Source: Octopus sinensis
Lineage: Eukaryota
Direction: 5' to 3'
Length of the DNA stretch: 64,000 bases
Assembly (NCBI RefSeq): GCF_006345805.1
Contig: NC_042998.1
Span: 27,652,001-27,716,000 of the forward strand
Shown here: positions 11,737 to 25,078 of the stretch, one piece after another
How the letters are laid out: every line of letters starts with the position of its first letter
Position numbering within the stretch: position 1 is the first letter of the stretch
Notes under the pieces: generated by a model
The model's database searches: none
The model's input: only the letters and a program-made list of their open reading frames with translations
What the model was told of the DNA's origin: nothing
Translations under genes and position numbers: made by a program

Positions 11737-11890
11737 ATACAGTTCTGTATTTAAGAGATGAGGAATTATGTACATTATTTACATTTGACAGATATTTGCC
11801 CTCATCTTGTTTGTTGTTAACATAACAGCCTTCATCAGGTGTCCTGGGGAAATTTCCAACCTGGGTTCTCATTCCTAAGGTATTTTTTAG
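11737..11890 (-). mobile_element. Penelope-like terminal-repeat fragment with the 5' half of a hammerhead motif
   Basis: Homologous (inverted) to 50522-50671. Minus strand carries ACAC-CTGATGA-AGGCTG. Confidence 0.55.
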
Positions 11891-11896
11891 ATGTTA

Positions 11897-11967
11897 TAGT
11901 GTAGTGGTTAAAAGCTCGGGCTACTAACCCCCAAGTTTCCAAGTTCGATTCCAGGCAGTGAACTGAA

Positions 11968-12023
<56 letters not shown>

Positions 12024-12036
12024 ATAATAACAACAA
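11897..12036 (+). mobile_element. Short tRNA-like SINE head followed by a (TAC)n/(TAA)/(CAA) tail
   Basis: TAGTGGTTAA A-box and GTTCGATTCC B-box, then (TAC)n at 11968-12022. Confidence 0.6.
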
Positions 12037-12241
12037 CATTATTTTTTCGACAAGACACTCCATTGTCCGTATCAAATTATATTTTTTAAACCACACGCCT
12101 TTCCTGTATTTTTAAACCGGCACATTGTTATCTGTCGGGAATTTGTGTGACTATCGTAAATCTGTAGATGCAGTGGCAGACTGGGTCTAAAAATATTGGT
12201 TGCCTGGAGACTAAGGGGGGTCCGAGCAACTACAAGGGGTT

Positions 12242-12467
12242 CGAGCTGGCAGAAACTTTAGCACACTAGGCGAAATGCGTAGCCGTATTTCGTCTGCCGT
12301 TACGTTCTGAGTTCAAATTCCGCCGAGGTCGACTTTGCCTTTCATCCTTTCGGGGTCGATAAATTAAGTACCAGTTACGCACTGGGGTCGATATAATCGA
12401 CTTGATCCGTTTGTCTGTCCTTGTTTGTCCCCTCTGTGTTTAGCCCCTTGTGGGTAGTAAAGAAATA
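12242..12467 (+). mobile_element. SINE family B (near consensus)
   Basis: A box TGGCAGAAAC, B box GAGTTCAAATTCC, body GCCTTTCATCCTTTCGGGGTCGATAAATTAAGTACC, end GGGTAGTAAAGAAA. Confidence 0.9.
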
Positions 12468-12972
12468 CATTTAATTTTTCTTTTGTTAAAAGTATTCTTT
12501 TCAACTGTCTACAAACACAGCCAGGCTGAAATAATGCATTCTTCCAGAAGTGAATTAAAAATTCTCAAGCTTGAGGGGATGGGCCCCTTGATATTAACAT
12601 GAGTCCCCATATATGGATTCTAATGGCGCAGGGGCCTACATGCTATTGGGCAATCTGACAATCTGGCCAGTCTGCTACTCTGTAGATGTATATGTATGCG
12701 TCTGTGTTTTGTGTTTCTCTGCTATCCCGAAACAACAGGTGCTGGTTTGATTACGTACCCTTGACATAGCGGTTCAGGAAAAGAAACCGATGGAATTGTG
12801 CAAAACTTAAAACGATTTCTTCGACAAAGCACTTCAAGACGGTGCCCCAGCATGGCTTCAGTCCAATAACAATGAAATAAGTAAAAGATAAAATAAAAGA
12901 TACGTGACAGCTCTTTATATATGTATATGTTTATGTATATACGTTCATTTCTTTACATATAATGAATACACA

Positions 12973-13141
12973 GGCGAAGGAGTGGCTGTGTGGTAAGTAG
13001 CTTGCTTACGAACCACATGGTTCCGGGTTCAGTCCCACTGCGTGGCACCATGGGCAAGTGTCTTCTACTATAGCCTCGGGCCAACCAAAGCCTTGTGAGT
13101 GGATTTGATAAACGGAAACTGAAAAAAGCCCGTCGTGTATG

Positions 13142-13212
<71 letters not shown>

Positions 13213-13425
13213 TTGTGTGTCTGTGTTTGTCCCCCCAACATCGCTTGACAACCGATGCTGGTGTGCTTACGTCCCCGTCACTTAGCGGTTCGGCAGAGAG
13301 ACCGATAGAATAAGTACTAGGCTTAGAAAGAATACGTCCTAGGGTCGATTTGCTCGACTAAAGGCGGTGCTCCAGCATGGCCGCAGTCATATGACTGAAA
13401 AAAATAAAAGAATAAAAAAAAAGAA
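12973..13425 (+). mobile_element. SINE family A, full length with an internal (TA)/(TG)n microsatellite
   Basis: tRNA-like head, CORE-like segment (..TGGGCAAGTG..), microsatellite, and right half ending in AAAAGA(A/G)T repeats. Confidence 0.9.
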
Positions 13426-13859
13426 TAAAAAAGAACACGATATCCTAGGCTTGTACTGGGAGATCATATTCTTTCTGCCCACCAATACACTGATCAGTGC
13501 GGGTAACTTTCGCTCCAATCCTAGAATAGTCAATAGTGTTTATATCGAAAGCCCTCATCCTGACAAATCCTTTCCACGAAGGACCGTTAATATAGTATGT
13601 GAAAATTGTTATGGTCAGCATTTACGAACCATATGACTATGTCACTAAATGGAGCAACGAGGTATTAAGCTTAGACTTTCGTAATTTGTTGTTTGTCAGT
13701 CGGCAAATTGATTTTCGTTTGTAAACTGAATCACACTTATTAAATTTTTCCATCTATGGGGATGAGCATTATTTCGAAATGAAAATACAAATACACACAT
13801 ATACACTCACCACACACACACACTGCAGACAGACACATAGAAACATATTCGTATGTGTG

Positions 13860-14452
<593 letters not shown>

Positions 14453-15244
14453 TAATAAGAGTTAAGTCACAAACATCATTATCCATAAAAAACCATTACA
14501 CACATAATTTGAACGAGATTCGTACGTATGAATCAGCAATTTACAGGTGCGTGGAGAGATATTCGACACACACACACACACACGCATGCGCACACAGATG
14601 TGCATTAAATCTAAAATGCGAATATCATATGCAAACTCGTAAAGAGAATGGATATTTCTCTTTTCCTCAGCGAAGAAGAACCTAATAAGTAATAACATCG
14701 AATAAGCTTTCGTCAACTATATTTAGAATGGAAAGAAGATATTGGAGTCGTGCAACATTGAGAACGGATAAAGCCTATTATCTTTGCATTATGCTACAAG
14801 AATAGATAAAGGTATGTTACACTGATGTAATGGTTATTGATTCCTCAAGGAAAGACAATTGATTTCCAATTCTCTGTGTATGGATCTATGTACAAGGATC
14901 AAAGACAGGACGTTTTTCTTTGATATTTTATTTAATTTTCTCATAAAATTTTCAAATTGGCGCAGTATTCTGCCGGAGGCTTTACGAGAGAAATTACTTT
15001 CATTTATTGCTATAGCTCAATAAGCTTTAGCATTGATTCTGTACCTGGTGTTAGCGCAATAATATACTTACATGAAGGGTTACATTAAGACGGTTCTGAT
15101 ATTCGCCCGCAGATTTCTACATTTATATAACATTATTAAATGTATCATTTTTGCTCATGCAGAGTACGCTATTATGCGGAATTGAGTAGGCGGTTGTACA
15201 TTTTAAGAGATTTAGCATACATATCGATTTCAAATTTTGGCACA

Positions 15245-15430
15245 AGCTGCAAGTTCAGAGGAGGGGGTAAGTCAATTACATCGACCTCCCCTCCCCAGTG
15301 TTCAGCTGGTATCTCTTTTATCGATTCCGCAAACATGAAAGACAAAGTCGACCTCGGAAGAATTTGAACTCAAAACCTAAACATTGATGAAATACCACTA
15401 AGCATTTCGCCTAGCGTACTAACGCTGCCT
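15245..15430 (-). mobile_element. SINE family B (diverged)
   Basis: AAAGTCGACCTCGGAAGAATTTGAACTC. Confidence 0.75.
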
Positions 15431-16176
15431 TGAAGATCTGACATACATATTAAAATCAGAAGTATAACATTATTTGTGTTTTAGTTGTAAAGTCCCTGCC
15501 TCTCAAATCGCACGAGGACCGTAGGTGGAATACTCTTTTATTTTTAAAACTAATTTCCTAAAAGCTTGAAGAAATGATAGTTCGATATAGCACAAATTCA
15601 AAGATGAAATTAATAGTGAAGCTTTAATAATTAATAACATTAATGAAAACGTTTCAACAGTTGAAACGCTCCTGTCACAACCTGGGACCTTGAAGACTGC
15701 TTTAATGCAAGAAAGTATACTAGCCCCTTAATATTTGATATTCAATATTTCATCTATTCAATAAGACAATCAATACTTCATTTCATTTTACTATATATAT
15801 ATATTATTTATACTATATATTCTATATTCTACATTAATATTATAAAAAATATAAATAAAACATAAAAAAACAGAGTTGGAATTTCTTTGAATAATATATA
15901 TATATATATATATACAAATCTCTTTCTCTCTCTCTCCGTCTCTTTATATATATATGTGTGTTTGTGTGTGTGTATGTACAGATATATTAATTTTTGTTTT
16001 TATGTTCAGTTATAATACAAACAATTTTACATTAATCTGATGGATTACTCTACACATTTGTAGAGTACAAATTATCATTCTTAAACAGGAATATTGTTGA
16101 CATGCTGGCCGAAACTTCGAAGTCACTGTCAACAACATTCTTGTTTAAGAATATATATATATATATATATAAATAT

Positions 16177-16411
16177 ACAAATATAAGAGAGTGACCACTA
16201 TGTGGTCGACTCTTGCGCTAAAAATAGATCCGCTATGGTTTCAACCACGAAGAATTGTTTCCAATGAAAATTAGCACAACCATGAGCGTAAACGAGTAGG
16301 GCAAATAAAAAATAACAAAAATGTATATTAATTCTGGACGTGGTTGAAACCATAGCGGATCTATTTTTAGCGCAAGAGTCGACCACATAGTGGTCACTCT
16401 CTTATATTTGT
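16177..16411. mobile_element. MITE/foldback element with perfect 73-bp inverted repeats
   Basis: 16177-16249 is the exact reverse complement of 16339-16411. It sits next to (TA)n. Confidence 0.85.
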
Positions 16412-16513
16412 GTATAAACTTTATTGTATACCTGGTTTTTATACGCTAAGCCACTTGGTGTTAAATTGATGGTATTATTAAATTAATATCCAATTTTTTC
16501 ACCCTTATTTTTG

Positions 16514-16552
<39 letters not shown>

Positions 16553-16555
16553 TTT

Positions 16556-16751
16556 TTTTTTTACTTGTTTCAGTCATTTGACTGCGGCCATGCTGGAGCA
16601 CCGCCTTTAGTCGATCAAATCGACCCCGGGACTTATTCTTTTTGTAAGCCCAGTACTTATTCTATCGGTCTCTTTTTGCCGAACCGCTAAGTGACGGGGA
16701 CGTAAACACACCAGCATCGGTAGTCAAGCAATGCTAGGGGGACAAACACAG

Positions 16752-16800
<49 letters not shown>
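16556..16800 (-). mobile_element. SINE family A right half
   Basis: Near-consensus right half, then CA/(TA)n. Confidence 0.85.
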
Positions 16801-17056
16801 CATCGTGGCACTCTGTCGGTTACGACGACGAGGGTTCCAGTTGATCCGACCAACGGAACAGCCTGCTCGTGAAATTAAAGTGCAAGTGGCTGTGCACTCC
16901 ACAGACACGTGTGCCCTTAACATAGTAGTTAGTTCTCGGGGAGATTCAGCGTAACACAGGAGTGTGCAATACAGGTACAACAGAAACAGGAAGAAAGAGT
17001 GAGAGAAAGTTGTGGTGAAAGAGTACACCATGATTGGTCCCCGCCATCCGTCTGCC
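16801..17056 (-). mobile_element. SINE family D body with a different tail (W)
   Basis: GAAAGAGTGAGAGAAAGTTGTGGTGAAAGAGTAC is shared with family D. The remainder is distinct. Confidence 0.65.
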
Positions 17057-17907
17057 GGAGCCTCGTTCACTCCCTTATTGCAGCAGTCCTTTAGTTTTCT
17101 AGGCCCTGTAAAAGAACACCGAGGTTGGTCCTCCAGCCAGGCCTTTCGCGATTCTCTCAAAGTAACTTTTCAGCACACCGTCGTGTGTATATATATCAGT
17201 ATTAATTCCTTTCTACTTAATTTTGCTAATTATGATAAACAAAATATTATGAGTTACTGTTTGCTATAAGTTTTCATGTCCACTCATTCCCCAAATACAT
17301 TCTTTCAATGCAGTCTCTCGCATCGTTTATTATAATATTCGTTTAATTTTCTAAAAGTTTGTATTTCTACTAAATGTAACGTGTCCAATGATTGTACAAC
17401 TCATGTTTTAGTTCAAAGATAGAGACGCATTCTTTTATTTTCTATCGTAAAAAAATTATTTTTTCTTTGATCTAAAATCTGCTAGAGCAATGTTCGTGAC
17501 AGTTGTGTTCTTATGTCAATGGAATACATAATTATAATAGAGTTTATCTCTGCGGCAATACCAATTATCATAAAAATTACTAATGTATATATGAAGACAT
17601 CTCTCATGTTCGCTTTGAACATTTAGCCGAAAAGAACATGGAGTACGACAATTCAAGATTTATAGTTATATATAATAAAAAAGGAAACATTAAAGCATAT
17701 TAAGGTAAAAAGAATTAGATTAATATCTAAATGAAAACTTGAGGTTAGTCAGAATAGACCCAACAAAGAGGCTGTTTTGAAATCGTCTGATTATCATCTC
17801 TAACTTTTCGAGTTAGACGTTAAAAATGCGTCCTATAATCTGATAAGTCAAATGATAATTGTATTAAATTCGAAGTTTATTTTATCGTCATTATATAACA
17901 TTATAAT

Positions 17908-18222
17908 GTGGAGGCGCAATGGCCCAGTGGTTAGGGCAGCGGACTCGCGGTTGTAGGATCGTGGTTTCGATTCCCAGACCGGGCGTTATCAGTGTTTATT
18001 GCGCGAAAATACCTAAAGCTCCACGAGGCCCCGGCAGGGTGGTGGTGGCGATCCCTGCTGTACTCTTTCGCCACAACTTTCTCTCACTCTTTCTTCTGTT
18101 GGCCTGCTCGCTTAGCCAGCGGGGTTGCGTCACTTGATGGCTAAAACAATGCGAAGGGCATTGTGACCAGCGATGTGTAGCAACATCTGATAGCCTGGTC
18201 GGTCACGGTGATCACGGTGATA
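17908..18222 (+). mobile_element. SINE family D (head D + tail Z)
   Basis: GGAGGCGCAATGGCCCAGTGGTTAGGG...GTTTCGATTCCC boxes. Ends in CACGGTGAT repeats. Confidence 0.85.
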
Positions 18223-18574
18223 TACAGTATAATAAAGCGAAGCAACCCCATCTCTCTTAGGACTTTGTGAGTCAACAAGGTCCATTAGGTTTATTAGGTG
18301 TTATGACATTCATATATGGAAATTAACTTGACGAGCATCGTCCATCCCCAGGTTATTGAAAATGGTGGGCAGTTCTAGGTATGAAGAACATATAAACTGA
18401 AGTGAAGTGGATTGGCTTAATAGAGATTCCATGTTACATTACAGACCCTATTTTCTGGAACATCACCACCATTTTCCCCGCACTGGTACCAACGTTGGCA
18501 ACAATGGTTTATCAAAATGATGCAAATTTTTCGGTAGGAGTATAACAGAAATGAGAACTAACTGGTCTTTTGTA

Positions 18575-18831
18575 TTTATTCTTTCGTTCTTTTACTTGTT
18601 TCAGTTATTTGACTGCGGCCATGTTGGAGCATCGCCTTTAGTCGAGCAAATCTACCCGACGACTTATTCTTTGTAAGCCTAGTACTCATTCTAGCGGTAA
18701 CCGCTAAGTTATGGGGGGACAAAAACACACCAACATCGGTTGTTAAACGACGGTGGGGGTACAAACAGATACACAAACACACACACACACACACAATATA
18801 TATAATATATATATATATATATATTATTATA

Positions 18832-18880
<49 letters not shown>

Positions 18881-19042
18881 GACAGGCTTCTTTCATTTTC
18901 CGTCTACTAAATCCACTCACATGGCTTTAATCGGCCCGAGGCTATAGTAGAAGGCACTTGCCGAAGGTTCTACGCAGTAGGACTGATTCCAGAACCATGT
19001 GGTTGAGAAGCAAGCTCCTTACCACACAACCACTTCTGCGCG
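18575..19042 (-). mobile_element. SINE family A full length
   Basis: Both halves plus an internal CA/TA microsatellite. Confidence 0.85.
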
Positions 19043-19621
19043 TGAATAAAATTAAAAATGAGAAAGTAGTTAGGCGCAACAATATGCTGAGATATTTTCA
19101 GGCACGTGCGCTATCATTTCTGTAACTTAATTCTTGACATTTACAAGAATTTCAAATGGGCGTACAATTAATTAAACTGTCTTCAGTATTTCTTAATGCT
19201 TATTATATAAATATCGAAAGAATGCAAGATAAAGTTCCCCTAGTAGTATTTAAATAATTGAAAATGTAGAGAAAATGCGTTCGGTTCTCTGACACATAGT
19301 TCTTGCCAATTCCAACTTAAATTAATGATTGCAGTAAACATCTGCTAGCGCAGAATAGTTCACAGTACACCGGTATACAAATGCATATTTATAAAGCCTA
19401 ATCGTGTTTATTTGCATCACATCAGCTCACCAGAATTTCTCTTCTAGTTACACATAGTCCTCGATAAAGATTTCGGGGTTTAGGTTCAATTTCTGGCAGC
19501 GGCATTCCTGGTTGCTTTAGCTTAAAAAAAAATGAAAGAAGTGCAAAAGGTTGGAAGTTGCAAAGCTTTCGATGAAAACCAAAAAAGAATTTGTGAAGTT
19601 AAAGAAAGACCAAGATATACC

Positions 19622-20018
19622 CGCAGGAGTGGCTGTGTAGTAAGTAGCTTGCTAACCAACCACATGGTTCCGGGTTCAGTCCCACTGCGTGGCATCTTGG
19701 GCAAGTGTCTTCTGCTATAGCCCCGGGCCGACCAATACCTTGTGAGGGATTTGGTAGATGGAAACTGAAAGAAGCCTGTCGTATATATGGTAATATATAT
19801 AATGTGGTGTTATTCGTTTGTGTGTCTGTGTTTGTCACCCTAGCATTGCTTGACAACCGATGCTGGTGTGTTTACGTCCCCGTCACTTAGCGGTTCGGCA
19901 AACGAGACCGATAGAATAAGTACTGGGCTTACAAAGAATAAGTCCCGCGGTCGATTTGCTCGACTAAAGGCGGTGCTCCAGCGTGGCCGCAGTCAAATGA
20001 CTGAAACAAGTAAAAGAA
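19622..20018 (+). mobile_element. SINE family A full length
   Basis: Consensus match. Confidence 0.9.
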
Positions 20019-20182
20019 TATAGCACTGTGGTGGTAGCGTAGAGGCGGTTTAGCTACATGCAAAATAAAGAGAGGAAAGAGATTAGAAGCGGGGATACAA
20101 AGTTTAGTGAGAGATAAGATATATGTACACCACATGTCTATCTATGTAGAATAAACACAAAAAATGTCTAAAAGTATAGTCT

Positions 20183-20972
20183 TACTCTCTCTTTTACTCT
20201 TTTACTTGTTTCAGTCATTTGACTGAGGCCATGCTGGAGCACCGCCTTTAGTCGAGCAAATCGACCCCGGGACTTATTCTTTGTAAGCCTAGTACTTATT
20301 TTGCCGAACCCCTAAGTTACGGGGACGTAAACACACCAGCACCGGTTGTCAAGCGATGTTGGGGGGACAGACACACAAACATATACACATACATACATAC
20401 ATACATACATTATATATATATATAGGCGCAGGAGTGGCTGTGTGAGCTTGTTTACCAACCACATGGTTCCGGGTTCAGTCCCACTGAGTGGCACCTTGGG
20501 CAAGTGTCTTCTACTATAACCTCGGGCCGACCAAACCCTTTTGAGTGGATTTGGTAGACGGAAACTGAAAGAAGCCCGTCGTATATATGTGCATATATAT
20601 ATATATATGTGTGTGTGTCTGTGTTTGTTCCCCTAGCTTTGCTTGACAACCGATGCTGGTTTGCTTATGTCCCCGTTACTTAGCGGTTCGGCAAAAGAGA
20701 CCGATAGAATAAGTACTGGGCTTACAAAAGAATAAGTCCTGGGGTCGAATTGTTCGATTAAAGGTGGTGCTCCAGCATGGCCGTAGTCAAATGACTGAAA
20801 CAAGTAAAAGAGTATATATATATATACGACGGGCTTCTTCTAGTTTCCGTCTACCAAATCCACTCACAAGGCTTTGGTCGGCCCGAGGCTATAGTAGAAG
20901 ACACTTGCCCAAGGTGCCACGCAGGACCATGTGGTTGGTAAGCAAGCTACTTACCACACAGCCACTCCTACA
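20183..20972. mobile_element. Cluster of three family A SINEs (minus right half 20183-20385; plus full 20424-20812; minus left half 20826-20972)
   Basis: Consensus matches in alternating orientation. Confidence 0.85.
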
Positions 20973-21195
20973 CACATATATATATGCATGTTCTGTTACT
21001 CATACACCCATTTATATATTGTTATAGGCGCATTCACCCATATATGTATTTAATATTGTATGCACACGCATGCTTATCTATGAGTGCCTGATCGATGTAT
21101 TTGGTTGTTATCGCCAATAAGCGCGCACGGTTTTGTGTTAAGAATAATTGAATTAACTTTTAATTCATAACTGATAAGCAAATAAGAAGTTCTTT

Positions 21196-21499
21196 TTAAA
21201 GGTACAGCGTTGCGGATTCAGTTTCATTGCTCAGCCCTTTTCTATCATAAACATGTGATGATGAATGTTTGTGAACGAAATTTGATAGATTAAAACTGTG
21301 CGGAAGCCTACAAGGAGTGTGGGGGGGAATTCTTATTTTTGGGTGGTAGAAATAATCCATTATTGATTGTAGTGCCATCTCCTGGTACTTAGGTGCATTT
21401 AATGGAGCAGTTTCTGTTGCAACATTTTTTTGACGGGTCTGCCATCCTCCCGTCAGTTCAGGAGGTTCTGCAATTGTCACGAGCACTCTCCTTTGTTTT
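21196..21499 (-). CDS. Candidate terminal coding exon of an unidentified host gene
   Basis: Acceptor ttttctacacgactttttcag| (phase 2), then 100 open codons KQRRVLVTIAEPPELTGGWQTRQKNVATETAPLNAPKYQEMALQSIMDYFYHPKIRIPPHTPCRLP...ATLYL*. Unique, non-repetitive sequence; the other two frames close early. Confidence 0.55.
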
Positions 21500-22837
21500 C
21501 TGAAAAAGTCGTGTAGAAAATAATCAGGTTAACGATCTGATAAATGTCTTTCGTTTTATATTAATCTTTGTGTGTGGGTTTCTTTTTATCCTTCTTAATA
21601 GCTACAACTCTTCCCATCTCTGGCAGTAACTTCCTCTTACATATCCTCGTTTTCGCTAGCTGCTTCATTTTTTTACGTTTACTGACACTAACTGTCACTT
21701 CCAAAATACAAAACAAGTGTAAAAATGTGTAAAAAGAAGACACTGTAATAGAATTAGTGTGAGGAAAAAAAAAACCAAAGGGAAAAACACACACACACAA
21801 CCCCCCCCCCAAATGAATGGATAATTATGAATTGAATAAAACTAACATTAGCTATAAATTGATTTCTTATTAACGGGCTCAAAGACAAGTTTGAAGAGGT
21901 GGAAGTGTAGTCTATAAATCAACTCTTGTAATTACTAGTATTTACTTTATAAAATTGAATAAATATATCACATAATGATTGATTAAACGAAACGAAATAT
22001 AACGAAATAAAGACTTTCTACAAAGTTTGCTAAACTAGTTATTTCGTCCCAGCGACTTCCCACCTCGCTTTTTATTCTGTAGTTTTAGCTTCTGCTATTT
22101 TAAAAAAAAAATTTCTTTTTGTTTACCAACAGTCTGCTCTTAAGCAAATAAGATTTCTGTTGGAATACAATTCATAGGAATGGCACCATCAACGTAAAAT
22201 ATTTAGAATATTCTTTGTAATGACTAATGTTGTTATCTGACTTCTGTTTTATTTCTTAGTAATAATATTATCTCTAAAGATCAACGAACGAATTACAATA
22301 ACTTAATTAACCTTAGGCAAAGTTTTTAGATCTTGTATATAATACGTGAATCAAGAGTTTTATTGATTGTTATTGGATGTCACCCAATATTCTAATTATA
22401 TAAATCAATCTTTGGAAACATTAGACAAACATTATGTATCATAACAAGAAAAGTACAATCGAATTCTTTTCTATAGGCGAAAAGTGTAGTTCATTACACC
22501 GAAGCCACTTTTACTGTTCATACCGTGTTTGACAAAGTTAGTACCAGGAGGCTGGTCTTACTAAGTATATCCATCTCTACATTTGAGACTTTATGCGCAT
22601 GTTAAAATAAATATAAATAGATTTACCTTTTTGATTTTTTGATGGAAAGGAGAAAACGTTGTAAGATTCTATATAAGCGCAGTCATTTATTATTGTTTAT
22701 AAACATTGAAACATTAACTGTAATGGTAAATGTAACATTCTATTTGGTCTTACTTTTAATGTTTCTTTGTTGTCATATTTTATTGGTTATGATAGCTTTA
22801 ATGGTGACGTCTGAATGTGTACAGATATATATACCGG

Positions 22838-23049
22838 AGTAAACACATAAATGTGAAACAAGGTGGAAAAAAAGAGTACTCAAATACCAGGGGTAGAGTA
22901 ATATGCTTTATTTAAAAGCAGCAGAAATTCAACAAAACCTGCTACTCGGAATTTCACGTTCCCGTTCGTTGGACAGTTTTGTCCGACGATCGGGAACGTG
23001 AAACTCTGAGTAACAGGTTTTGTTGAATTTCTGCTGCTTTTAAATAAAG
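22838..23049. mobile_element. Penelope-like terminal-repeat relic forming a 70-bp-arm palindrome with hammerhead-like motifs
   Basis: Arms 22906-22975 and 22980-23049 with loop GTTT. Each arm has TGT-CC(G/A)ACGA-(A/T)CG GGAA CGT-GAAA..GAGTA. Confidence 0.6.
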
Positions 23050-23051
23050 TA

Positions 23052-23102
<51 letters not shown>

Positions 23103-23253
23103 GAGGGAATATTATTCCAAACTTACGGGGAAAAATTCAATTTAGAAGTTTATACCAAATATATACGCCTTATTTATTATTTTTCACATTACTTAATCAT
23201 TGTTATATGTTTTATCTTATATTTAATTTTTCTATAATATGTAATTTTTCTAG

Positions 23254-23387
23254 ATGGTATAATTTAATTTTTCAATATTGAATTGATAAAAGGTGGCTTT
23301 TTCTAATTTATATATATATATATATATATATATAAATTAGAAAAAAAACACCTTTGTCAATTCAATATTGAAAAATTAAATTATACC

Positions 23388-23389
<2 letters not shown>
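23254..23389. repeat. Inverted repeat (~55-bp arms) around (TA)n
   Basis: GGTATAATTTAATTTTTCAATATTGAATTGA...TTCTAATT and its reverse complement. Confidence 0.85.
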
Positions 23390-23418
<29 letters not shown>

Positions 23419-24170
23419 TTGTGTGTGTATATGTAAAACACATACATATGCTATAGATCGTAAAGTAGAATGTTCGGACATTCTTGATGTATCTAATGGT
23501 GTTATAAGTGTTAGAGAAGTAGAAGTGTTTTAAATGAAAACTGAAACAGCTTTATGACATCTGCCTACTACGAGCTCAACGATGGACATGTCGTGTATAT
23601 ATTTAAAATGTGAATTTTTCGTAATCTGAAAATAATTCGATCGGCATGTTCCATGATGTTTGTTGGTCTTCATTACCAAGAATATGAGAAATATGACATT
23701 ATTGGAGTTGAATGAAGCAATCACTGCATTGGGCATCTTGTTTTTCTGCGCATTCAGCCTTGACCCATTCATGCTGACACTTAATTTTTTAAGGATATAA
23801 AACAAATACTCGATACAAATTGTGATTTGTGTATGATCTGTATCAAAGAATGAAACATGTTCTTAACGTGTAATGCAGTCTGTATCAAACGGATTTCAAT
23901 GAAATTTTTCTCAGTTGTTATTTAGGTCAAAATAATAGTATCCGTGAATTTTCAGGAAATTTCATTTGCTAGAAAAATTTCGGCACAAATGGGTTAATTA
24001 TAGAAGAAAAGAGAACGGCCGTCATCATTTTGTAGGTTTTCCCATGATGTCCTTTGACCAGAGAACATTTTCAGATGCTTGCAACTAATTCGGCCCCTCA
24101 AAGGTATTCAAACCTCGAGGTTGGGGATGCCAGATTCAGACAACCATCCAATACTGCTGTGCTGTTTTTA

Positions 24171-24358
24171 GGCTGCGAGCTGGCAGAATGGTTAGCATGC
24201 CGGGCAAAATTCCCAGCAGCATTTCTTCCGTCGTTATGTTCTGAGTTCAAATTTCGCCGAGGTCGATTTTGCCTTTCGTCCTTCCAGGATCGATAAAATA
24301 AATACCAGTTGAATACTGGGGTCGATGTAATTCCACTTACCCCTTCCACCGAAATTGC
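24171..24358 (+). mobile_element. SINE family B
   Basis: Consensus match. Confidence 0.85.
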
Positions 24359-24415
24359 AGAACTCATTTGAAACGAATTTTACAGAACTGTCTTTGTCAC
24401 TTACGACAGGCTGTT

Positions 24416-24476
<61 letters not shown>

Positions 24477-25078
24477 GTGTGTGTGTGTGTTTTGTTTACG
24501 TTTCTCATTGTGTTCAGCGTTCTTTTGATGTCCTGTACGTATATATACATATATATGTGGGTATATACATATATGTATGTATATATGAAAAAGAAGCATT
24601 TTTCAACTCAACTCAACTCAAGCTAACATAATCTCTCCTTGTCTTTAATCTCAAGACTTTTGAACTCTACAATCCTACTATACTACTCTTTTACTACCAT
24701 CGGAGGATAAATTTATACAAATCTATATACAACCTGAAGAAAGAGGAACAACCCAAAACTAAATACTAAACCCAAGACTAGTTCTAAAACTAGTCCCGTG
24801 AGTACAATTCTTTTTTCTTGGTCTGTATCAAACACACCGCTCATCCCGATTGTACTAATTAGATTGTACTAATTACACTGAACTCTCACACACACAAGCC
24901 ACGAATTCCGAGTATATCGACACAAACTTTCCAACGGTGTATTCACTATTTACCGACACAAACTTTTCAACAGTGTGTTCACTATTTTACATCAAGCCAT
25001 CAATAACTGGTGTACACATACATACACACGCATACACATACATACATATATATATTACACAACACTACCCCACTGAAT

